Shown: positions 56,169-64,000 of the stretch, piece after piece
Numbering within the stretch: position 1 is the first letter of the stretch
Layout of the letters: each line of letters starts with the position of its first letter
From: a virus
DNA: 64,000 nucleotides
IMG/VR virus record: IMGVR_UViG_3300035696_001556
Span: 32,001 to 96,000 of that record
Direction: 5' to 3' (one strand)
The notes under the pieces: model-generated
What the model was told of the DNA's origin: nothing
Seen by the model: only the letters and a program-made list of their open reading frames with translations
Database searches by the model: none
Translations under genes and position numbers: made by a program

Positions 56169-59100
56169 ATGCCTAGCATGGATCCAAGAGATCTTCACAA
56201 CATGGTCAACGAATTAGGTGACCTTAATTCGAACTTAAGAGAAATAGTATCCAACATGGGTAAAGTTGGTACTACTTCTAAATCCATGTCTATGTTTTTT
56301 GAGGCCACCAAAAAAGCCACTACTGATATTAATTCTAAGATCCAGAAAGAAACCAAGAATCTTGCCAGGATAACTCTCGCAGAGAAGCTTAGAAAAACCA
56401 CTATTTCAAAACGCGGACAGATGGTTGCGGGTTTGGCCAAGAAGGAGCAAAAGTGGGTTAATAAGCTTTTGAGTCAAAATTTGAGAAGCGAAAAAATACA
56501 GATTCAAGCAAGGATAAAGAATTTCAAGAAAGAAAAAAGAGAAGCGTCAATGGCCTCTAACTGGGCCATGAAGCAAGATCAAAAAGTTTTAAAAACAAGG
56601 ATAAAGGGCGGTAAAGGGATAGCTAAAGAAGAAGTAAAACTATCCAGATTTGCAAGACAGAAAATATCCAAATACGATTACGATCTGGAGCAAAAGAGTG
56701 AACAGGTAAAAAAGAAGACGCACAAAGGAGCTATAGCTGGAGATATAGCCGATATAGGCGGTATATTAGGCAGGCCTTTCAAAGAAAAATCTCTTAATCC
56801 TCTTAGGTGGGTCCAAACGGGATTCAAAACTGGTGGAGCTTTAAAAGAGGCTTCTGAAGGGATGCAGAAGTGGTCTACCGTATTGAAGGGCTCTAAAGGT
56901 GGTAAAAAGAGTACCAAAAAAATAGCAGAGAACATTGGAGATGTACTAGAAGATGCTACCAGTAATATAGGTAAAGTCAAAGCTGGAAAAATTTCTAAAA
57001 AACTGTCTAAAGTAGCTGGCGTAGGTAAGGGAGCTGGTAAAGGTGCTGGAGAATCTTTTGGTAAAGCAGCTCAGGGATTAGGGATGCTAGTTAAAATAGT
57101 TGACGCCCTGTCTATGGCTTTGGGAGTATTAAGTAAAATGAATTGGATTTTTGCGCTCATTTCAGCCATGTCCGCTATAATCTCTACCGGCATAGAGCTG
57201 GATAAGTTTTTCAAGGAGCTTAATAAGACATTTCTTGATATGGCTGGATCGACCTTGGGAACCGGGGATATGGTTAAAAATATGTCAAATTTCAATGATG
57301 CAGTATTCAGTCTAAACAGGAACTTGAAGCTGGGACTTAAACCAGAAGATATCCAGGGGATGTTTAAAGCCATGTCTGGTGCCGGTGTAGTTCCTACTAA
57401 TTTGGATAAACAAGCGGGTGGATATGGTAAAGTAATAGAAATGGTAAGAAAGACAAACATAGATCTTGGTATATCTTTTGAAGAGGCTGGCAAGACGATA
57501 GGCGAGCAGATGATGAATTTGAGAGATACTTTTGATAAATCTAGAAAATCTCTACAAGTTATGGGTTTTGAAGCTACGAAAGCAGGAGTCCAATCCAATA
57601 AGTTTTACGCAGCCATAGAAAATTCAGTGTCGGCACTATCCTTCCTTGGAAACTTCACCAAGCAGGCGTCAGCGTCTTTGACGGCTTTCATGAAACAGAG
57701 CGGATTAAGTTTCAAAGATGCATCAAAAGCTGCAGATGAATATATGCAAGTTTTCGAAAAAATGGATTGGAAACAGATGCAGGTAGCCTTTGCCATGGCG
57801 GGACCAGATCTTATAAAATCCATGGATCAGGCCAGCAAAGAACTTATTGAGGAACCGCTAAATGGTCTCAAGGATAGAATGAAGAGCCTACAAAAACAGC
57901 TTGCTGCAACAACAGAAGAAGGTGCAAGAAAAGATCTCACCAAACAAATGTCAGATCTCGGTGATCAAATAAATGCTTTGGCAATCAGATCAAAAGGATA
58001 TGCCGATGCGTTGAAAGATTACCAGAGAACCGGGGCAGTCGGAAGACTTCAACAATATAGAGATTTGCTTACAGGATCGTTGGCCACTACTATTACATCC
58101 ATAATGCAGAGACAAGGCCTTGGAACAAAAGATTTTGGTGGAGGCAATTATACAGCAATTTTAGAAATGCTCAAAAAAGGTTTAGGTGTTAGCGACACTT
58201 TAATGACGGCAATGACCCAAGAATTTGAAAATTTAGATGTAAATTTTGATACCTTAGGTCAGTCTTTAAATAATGAAAATGTGGTTAAAGCACTTAAAGA
58301 TAATGGAAAAGAGCAAGCTAATAAGTTGGAAACGTTGATTACAAATGCTAAAGCCCATAAGGATGATACAAGATTTTTGGATGAGCTCTATGACGAAACA
58401 AGAGACATGGGAAAAAATCAATTACATATGGGAGATGACGAGGCAACCGCTTTTGCAGGAAGCATAAAGCAACTAGTATCTACTGGTGGCGGAGCAGATG
58501 AAATAGTGTCTTGGTTAAAAGATATGTCCACAGACGAAAATAAAAAGACTAAAAAATTTGACAAGCCAGGACTTCTGCAACAGGGTAAAATAGTACAAAG
58601 CACACACAAAGCAGCACTGGCCTCAGAAGATGGTTTTGAAAAAATGAGTAAGCAGGATATAGACCTCATAGCCAATACGACGTCTATGCCAGACTATCTG
58701 GAAATAGCCAAGCAATCCTTAAAATATATAGCCGCTGAGAAAACTGAGGATATTTTAAAAGGCATAGGCAGAAGCGTTATCAACATAATGAGTGATGTCT
58801 CCATATTAGCTTCTGATAAAAGACAGCAACAACAAGATAAAATAGATAAAATTCTTAATCAAAAAACATTTTTAGGATCAAAATCCGTCAAAGAGCAAGA
58901 AGAGAATATTGCGCAAGAGAAATTTAATTTACAGAAATTAAAACAAACTCAAGCAGAACAAGGTGACAAAGTAGCTCCAGATGTAAAAGCGGGATTACAA
59001 AAAGAAATTGATGCCGCTCAAGCTAACATTAACAAGCTTGAAGCTAAGGCAAAAAAAGATGTTCTTGATGTAGCAAATCAACATATGCCTCTGTTTTTAG

Positions 59101-59594
59101 GAAAAACTGCTACTCAAGACTATCTTAATGCAGCTACAGCAGCAGCGGAAAACGTAGCAGCTACAAAAGAACAAGAGTTGTATCATCCTAAATCTGAAGC
59201 CGCGACCGCAGATGATGTTAAAAAAGCTCTTAATGTAGGTGTTAAGAATACTCCAGCTCCAACTAAAGCGAATGATTTAGATGTCTCTAAGGGTGGGTTA
59301 GCTTTATTGGCAAGAGGAGATAAAGTTTTTAATGAAGCCGCAGCGGGAGTGGCAGGGGCAAAAGGCTCTTTAATAGAGAGTATACTAAGTAAAATGGGTT
59401 TATTTAATACTCCTATGGCTAAAGGTAAAATGGGAAATCAAGCCGGTCAATACGAGATTAACTTGGGTGGTATACATATTAATGGAAATGTAGAAGATCC
59501 TATCGTAGTTAGGCAGGTTGGAGACAAGCTAGTAGATATGGTAAAACAGGTCGTTATAAATTATGACCGCGAAAAGCAGCTTAAGACAGGATAA
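56169..59594 (+). CDS. tape measure protein
   Basis: 1141 aa, helical, Ala/Gly/Lys-rich, hydrophobic segment, position in tail module. Confidence 0.8.
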   Translation: MPSMDPRDLHNMVNELGDLNSNLREIVSNMGKVGTTSKSMSMFFEATKKATTDINSKIQKETKNLARITLAEKLRKTTISKRGQMVAGLAKKEQKWVNKLLSQNLRSEKIQIQARIKNFKKEKREASMASNWAMKQDQKVLKTRIKGGKGIAKEEVKLSRFARQKISKYDYDLEQKSEQVKKKTHKGAIAGDIADIGGILGRPFKEKSLNPLRWVQTGFKTGGALKEASEGMQKWSTVLKGSKGGKKSTKKIAENIGDVLEDATSNIGKVKAGKISKKLSKVAGVGKGAGKGAGESFGKAAQGLGMLVKIVDALSMALGVLSKMNWIFALISAMSAIISTGIELDKFFKELNKTFLDMAGSTLGTGDMVKNMSNFNDAVFSLNRNLKLGLKPEDIQGMFKAMSGAGVVPTNLDKQAGGYGKVIEMVRKTNIDLGISFEEAGKTIGEQMMNLRDTFDKSRKSLQVMGFEATKAGVQSNKFYAAIENSVSALSFLGNFTKQASASLTAFMKQSGLSFKDASKAADEYMQVFEKMDWKQMQVAFAMAGPDLIKSMDQASKELIEEPLNGLKDRMKSLQKQLAATTEEGARKDLTKQMSDLGDQINALAIRSKGYADALKDYQRTGAVGRLQQYRDLLTGSLATTITSIMQRQGLGTKDFGGGNYTAILEMLKKGLGVSDTLMTAMTQEFENLDVNFDTLGQSLNNENVVKALKDNGKEQANKLETLITNAKAHKDDTRFLDELYDETRDMGKNQLHMGDDEATAFAGSIKQLVSTGGGADEIVSWLKDMSTDENKKTKKFDKPGLLQQGKIVQSTHKAALASEDGFEKMSKQDIDLIANTTSMPDYLEIAKQSLKYIAAEKTEDILKGIGRSVINIMSDVSILASDKRQQQQDKIDKILNQKTFLGSKSVKEQEENIAQEKFNLQKLKQTQAEQGDKVAPDVKAGLQKEIDAAQANINKLEAKAKKDVLDVANQHMPLFLGKTATQDYLNAATAAAENVAATKEQELYHPKSEAATADDVKKALNVGVKNTPAPTKANDLDVSKGGLALLARGDKVFNEAAAGVAGAKGSLIESILSKMGLFNTPMAKGKMGNQAGQYEINLGGIHINGNVEDPIVVRQVGDKLVDMVKQVVINYDREKQLKTG

Positions 59595-59596
59595 TT

Positions 59597-60709
59597 ATGC
59601 CAGTATTCACTCCATATCCAGCATCAATGCTCCAAGCATCTTATCCAGATATGTTTAATCCGGATTATTTACCTCCTGTTGAAGTTAAAGCTGATCCCGA
59701 TTCGGTAACTCCAGACCAAGCTCAGGAAGGCGCATATGAAGCATTGTCTTTGGAATCAAATCAAAGTTCGTATCTTTTGACTGTGAATGGTTTGACAGGA
59801 ACAGAAACAGATATACAAAGTATTAATGCAGGAACATTAAATAAATTTGGTTTAGGGCCGCAGACTGTATATACCATAGATCCCAATTCTATAAATGTTC
59901 CATCAGTAAGGGTTAATAATACTTCGGAACCTCCAAGAGAAATGACTAAGATAGAAGACATAACCTCTCCTCTGGATTTGTCAAACTATGAAGTACCTAA
60001 CACTTTGCACAAATATCCAGGTCTTCCTGTCTTTTTCGAAATGATAGACAGCAGCAACACTCCAAAAGGAATTTTTGTAAACAATAATTTTTATGTGGCA
60101 ACGTTAAAGCTGACCCCAAACCCAGAGAATATGATTATCAACTCTTCTAAAAAGATACAGCGTTTTAATACGTTATCAGGCTGGATAGAAGAGCATTGGG
60201 GAGACGAGATAGATACGGTAAGCTTTAGCGGTTCTACGTTTGCTTTGTTTGGATTAGACTATGGATTGACTAGCGAATTCAGGACTCAAACCGATGCATA
60301 TGCCTTTCTTAAGGAGCTGGTTCATCTTTATCAGCTTAATGGTTGCATATACCAGAACGCAGATGATTATGATGGTATTAATACAAATCCTGCAGTAGCG
60401 GAGTTTCTTAATAATAATCCGGATTTTGTGGGTAACCATCCACGAAAAGGTATGGTAAAAGAAAGGCTTTATTTGAGACTTAGCTATGATTATCTAACTC
60501 TTTTGGGAAGATTTGAAACTTTTGATATTATAGAAGACTCTAATAAGCCTTTTAGGTTCACTTATAACATCATCTTCAGGGCTGAAAGAACTTTTTATAC
60601 TTTAGACATGCTTCCAGGTCAAAGTGCGGGGAATCCGTCTGAAACTACATCTCTGCCTCCAAATTTAACCAATCAGCAACCGGGAACAACGGCAGTAATT
60701 CCACAATAG
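59597..60709 (+). CDS. baseplate/tube-initiator protein
   Basis: NPENM...GWIEEHWGDEIDTVSFSGST...F..F.I.ED...PFRFTY. Confidence 0.65.
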   Translation: MPVFTPYPASMLQASYPDMFNPDYLPPVEVKADPDSVTPDQAQEGAYEALSLESNQSSYLLTVNGLTGTETDIQSINAGTLNKFGLGPQTVYTIDPNSINVPSVRVNNTSEPPREMTKIEDITSPLDLSNYEVPNTLHKYPGLPVFFEMIDSSNTPKGIFVNNNFYVATLKLTPNPENMIINSSKKIQRFNTLSGWIEEHWGDEIDTVSFSGSTFALFGLDYGLTSEFRTQTDAYAFLKELVHLYQLNGCIYQNADDYDGINTNPAVAEFLNNNPDFVGNHPRKGMVKERLYLRLSYDYLTLLGRFETFDIIEDSNKPFRFTYNIIFRAERTFYTLDMLPGQSAGNPSETTSLPPNLTNQQPGTTAVIPQ

Positions 60710-60729
60710 GGACAAAATAGGGACAGGAT

Positions 60730-62370
60730 ATGGACGTCATAAAGGCACAAAATACAAGTGGTGTATATACCACTTTGACAGAGACTCGCAACGGTGGGGG
60801 TTTTGTTGTTCTGCCTTCAGCCGTCCCTGTTCCTTCCAATACGGACCAGACAGCGGTAAGACGTGTAACAGAAGTAAATAATTTTGAAATTTCTTTATAT
60901 AATCAACAATCAGATGATGAAGTAATAACTCTAGAATTTTTAATAAATCCCTCGGATGTAACGATAGGTCAGACTTTCGTAGCGCAGGACTCTTATACAA
61001 GAGAAGGGTGGTTATCGACACTATGGGGTAAAGGCCAGCCTACCATTTTGGCAAACGGTTCTACGGGAGCATTTTACTTGAATGGAGTAGGATTAACGGC
61101 GGTTAGTAGAGGACAGACAATGTCCTTCAGGAATTTTATCAGCATTATAGCCATTTTTAAAAATGGCGGTTATTACTATTTAAAAGGGGCTCAGAATAAA
61201 GATCTTTTTGGCGTAGATCGTGGACGGGTGATAAGTGTAATGGATTTGATAAAGATAAACTATGATGGTACAGAATACATAGGATCTTTTAACAACTTTA
61301 CCATAGAGGAGTCGGCAGAGAACCCTTTCAGATTTACGTTCAACTTTGAATTTGTTATTTCTGGTCTTAGAGGAGAAATGGTAGAAGGTCATTTGAAATT
61401 ATGCAAAAACGGTGTATGCAATAACATAGATGGAATACAAATTGAATCTTCGGGAGGTTTTGTATATACAGATATTATAAAAATAGATCCTAATTCTCAA
61501 GACATTAGACCACCTACTAATTTTAGTACAACAGGAGGTAGTGGGATATCATCTCCTGGTAAAACTAATGCTCCTGTGGTTCCAACTGCAGGAAGAATAA
61601 TTATACCAGCTGTTGCTAGAAGAGATGTTTCTGCTTTTACATCCGCTATAACCAACAACCCGGATGTAGAGATTCGTGGAGACCTTAATACAGAGAATGC
61701 TAGGTGTGCTAAAAAAAGTGTTGTTAGGTCATTTTCAGATAATATAGATCTTGATTCTATAGTTTCTAAGGCTGTAGCTACTCCGGGTTTAAATGTCGAT
61801 GCAGCGTCCATGACAACTTATTTACAAACTATTATGTCATTAGAGCAGAGCTCAACCAGCTTCAATAGTTATATGTCCACAGGTCAATCTTTTCCAACAA
61901 GTGGGGCAGGGGCATTAGGACCTACCCAGATAATGCCAAATACATATATCAGTATGCTTCAGAATAATCCTAAATTTATCAGTTATATGAAAAGTCAAGG
62001 ATATACTCCAGCACAGTGTGCAGGAGCTGTAGGGACTCATGCTGAGGGAGATGACTCGTCATATGGGGGTCAAACTTATCCTATTTACAGAGGAGGAATC
62101 CTGTCTACAGATCCTAAATTCAATGTGGCAGCATGCGCTTATTTAGTAGCTACCTATTATTCTAAACCCGTATCTGGTACAAATCCTATGGCAAACAATG
62201 TAGATATTGCAGGAAATACTGTAGTTGTAGCCGTAGCTCATAACGGTGGTCCTAAAACATTTTCAAATGGAAATAATGACTATTCATTGGCTGGTGAAGC
62301 AGCAACGTATGGTGCCACGGCTTATGCCTTGGTTACAACAACATGCTCTGGAAGCAATTTAAGTCCATAA
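60730..62370 (+). CDS. baseplate/tube-initiator paralog fused to lytic transglycosylase-like domain
   Basis: N-terminal half parallels the previous gene; C-terminal IMSLEQS...GALGPTQIMPNT...DPKFNV...AHNGGP. Confidence 0.7.
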   Translation: MDVIKAQNTSGVYTTLTETRNGGGFVVLPSAVPVPSNTDQTAVRRVTEVNNFEISLYNQQSDDEVITLEFLINPSDVTIGQTFVAQDSYTREGWLSTLWGKGQPTILANGSTGAFYLNGVGLTAVSRGQTMSFRNFISIIAIFKNGGYYYLKGAQNKDLFGVDRGRVISVMDLIKINYDGTEYIGSFNNFTIEESAENPFRFTFNFEFVISGLRGEMVEGHLKLCKNGVCNNIDGIQIESSGGFVYTDIIKIDPNSQDIRPPTNFSTTGGSGISSPGKTNAPVVPTAGRIIIPAVARRDVSAFTSAITNNPDVEIRGDLNTENARCAKKSVVRSFSDNIDLDSIVSKAVATPGLNVDAASMTTYLQTIMSLEQSSTSFNSYMSTGQSFPTSGAGALGPTQIMPNTYISMLQNNPKFISYMKSQGYTPAQCAGAVGTHAEGDDSSYGGQTYPIYRGGILSTDPKFNVAACAYLVATYYSKPVSGTNPMANNVDIAGNTVVVAVAHNGGPKTFSNGNNDYSLAGEAATYGATAYALVTTTCSGSNLSP

Positions 62371-62380
62371 ATGGAATACC

Positions 62381-64000
62381 ATGGCCATATTTGATTTAAA
62401 TGATTTTAATTATAGAAGGGTAATAAAACTAGCCCCAGATGCTTTTATTACTATTAACGGAGCTTTTGGAGGAAGAGTTATATCCCCAATAAACAAAGAT
62501 ACGGCACAAACTATAGATATTCAAGGAGGAGTAACTACCATAAACATAAATTCTTCTATAAACCCTCCGGCGTCTGGAAGAGCAACTATACAAATTATAG
62601 CTCCAGAATATACAGGGCTACATACAAGAAGTACAAGTAATAGTAGTGGTTATTGGATTACGTTGCCTAGTGGTGCCAAAGTCCCTTATTTTCTGCCCAT
62701 GCAAGAAGTACAAGTATTCATGAAAGGAAGATTTCTTTATACCGATAACAACCCAGTTTATTATAGAACTTTTTGGGGGTTTATCACCGATATTACAGAA
62801 GACTATAACTCTGGAATAACATCTTTAAGCTTACAGTGCGCTGATATGCTTACATGGTGGAAATATCAGAAACTGACTATCTCTCCGAACGAGTTTACAG
62901 CTGTATTTACTCAGGGTAATGTAGCGGACAATAACTTTCCGACATTGTTTAAATGGAGAAATCCTTGGCAGATAATTACTCAGCTTTTATACGAAACTCA
63001 AATGACTAGTTCGGATGGAAGTTCCACTTATAATTTTGTTTATCCTAAAATATCAAACACAGCAATGCCGCCTTATATGGATAATTTGCCTAATAAAGAT
63101 ATCGGAGTACTTGCATTAAGGATGTCAGAATATTGGCATAATCGTTTTAATTTCTTCGGTCAGAATATGCAAATTGAAATGTTTGGGTTGACCCATAAAA
63201 TAGATAATAAAGGTATAGATACGATACGAGCTACCATAGAGCAAGGTGTAGACATATTGAGTCCCAAATACAATCAGATGGTAGATCCGGACATAAGTTG
63301 GGATTATAATTTGTTGGCTAGGGTACAACCTTTTGGTGATTTTAATACATACGGAATGGGCGCGGAGTCCGTGGAATTGACAAAACTTGAAATAGCTCAA
63401 AAAGTTTGCGAACAGGCGCAGATGGAATTTTATGTCGATTTAAATGGTATAATAGTATTTAAACCTCCTTTCTACAATATGGACGTCACTAAAGGAGATA
63501 TTCCTTACTATGTCGTAGATTCAAAGGATGTTATCAACTACAGCTCATCGTTGAATACGGATAATATCTGTACCTATCTGGAGCTTACGGCTCCCCAACT
63601 TCAGCAAGCGCCTCAGGTAGTTGAACTTATAGGATTTCATATAGATTGGGAGATGATGCTTAGGTATGGGTTGAGATTCCAAAGAAATTACTGCCAATAC
63701 GGTAATGATTCAAAATCATTAAGTATGCTGGCTGCAGCGGAAATGACAAAAATAAATTCTGAAGCTACTAATGGACACGTATCAATACCTTTAAGACCGG
63801 AAATAAGGATGGGATATCCTGTCTACATAGTCCATAAAGATGTCTATTTTTACATATCTGGAATATCCCACAGTTTCAACTTTGGAGCCGCAGCTACGAC
63901 AGATCTTACTTTAACGGCAAAAAGAGATAGAATATATGATTATACAGGAGACTTGACTAAAAATTTATCAATGATTCCAGGAGTGCCGGGGAACATATCC
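62381..64000 (+). CDS. baseplate hub protein (runs off the window end; not in ORF track)
   Basis: ATG 62381 MAIFDLNDF...; same frame at the window end; MEFYVDLNGIIVFKPPFYN and PLRPEIRMGYPVYI...GISHSF. Confidence 0.7.
   Translation, partial: MAIFDLNDFNYRRVIKLAPDAFITINGAFGGRVISPINKDTAQTIDIQGGVTTININSSINPPASGRATIQIIAPEYTGLHTRSTSNSSGYWITLPSGAKVPYFLPMQEVQVFMKGRFLYTDNNPVYYRTFWGFITDITEDYNSGITSLSLQCADMLTWWKYQKLTISPNEFTAVFTQGNVADNNFPTLFKWRNPWQIITQLLYETQMTSSDGSSTYNFVYPKISNTAMPPYMDNLPNKDIGVLALRMSEYWHNRFNFFGQNMQIEMFGLTHKIDNKGIDTIRATIEQGVDILSPKYNQMVDPDISWDYNLLARVQPFGDFNTYGMGAESVELTKLEIAQKVCEQAQMEFYVDLNGIIVFKPPFYNMDVTKGDIPYYVVDSKDVINYSSSLNTDNICTYLELTAPQLQQAPQVVELIGFHIDWEMMLRYGLRFQRNYCQYGNDSKSLSMLAAAEMTKINSEATNGHVSIPLRPEIRMGYPVYIVHKDVYFYISGISHSFNFGAAATTDLTLTAKRDRIYDYTGDLTKNLSMIPGVPGNIS

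Noticed and set aside
60705-60725. AATAGGGACA direct repeat at a gene junction
   Set aside because: Single small tandem duplication with no effect on either ORF.
83-63400. Most minus-strand and nested ORFs in the track
   Set aside because: Shadows of long + strand genes (e.g. Ser/Phe-rich antisense of KE tracts); only 36920..37258 has its own RBS, promoter and space.
1-64000. Stop-codon reassignment or tRNA genes
   Set aside because: Long genes are intact in the standard code, all three stops are used, and no cloverleaf was recognised by eye.

Overview
A 64-kb stretch of a large (jumbo-type) myovirus genome, almost all on the + strand, carrying the virion morphogenesis module. Gene order: probable portal 3' end, intein-containing prohead protease, scaffold, decoration protein, HK97-fold major capsid protein, predicted head-internal proteins, a 1796-aa multi-domain glycosyltransferase with a second intein, Thr-Gly-rich collagen-like and beta-helix fibre genes, neck proteins, an actin-like ATPase, tail sheath, tube, chaperones, tape measure and baseplate. 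Six mobile-type nucleases are embedded: two LAGLIDADG inteins, two HTH-LAGLIDADG-DNA methyltransferase fusions with their own sigma70-type promoters, a Zn-repeat/Vsr-like endonuclease, and a transposase-less IS607-type TnpB. The TnpB locus is the most striking. The host gene's 3' end is present twice, as a recoded copy upstream of tnpB and as a second allele starting exactly at the omegaRNA guide position, which suggests an RNA-guided homing (gene-drive) element. Other highlights: a candidate virion glycosylation system (x-T-G motifs plus a GT2-TPR/GT4 enzyme), a K-x-A-delimited polyprotein with an Acb1-like 2H phosphodiesterase, and a recurrent TAATA-N6-TAATA late-promoter motif. All assignments come from motif recognition and gene order; no database searches were run.
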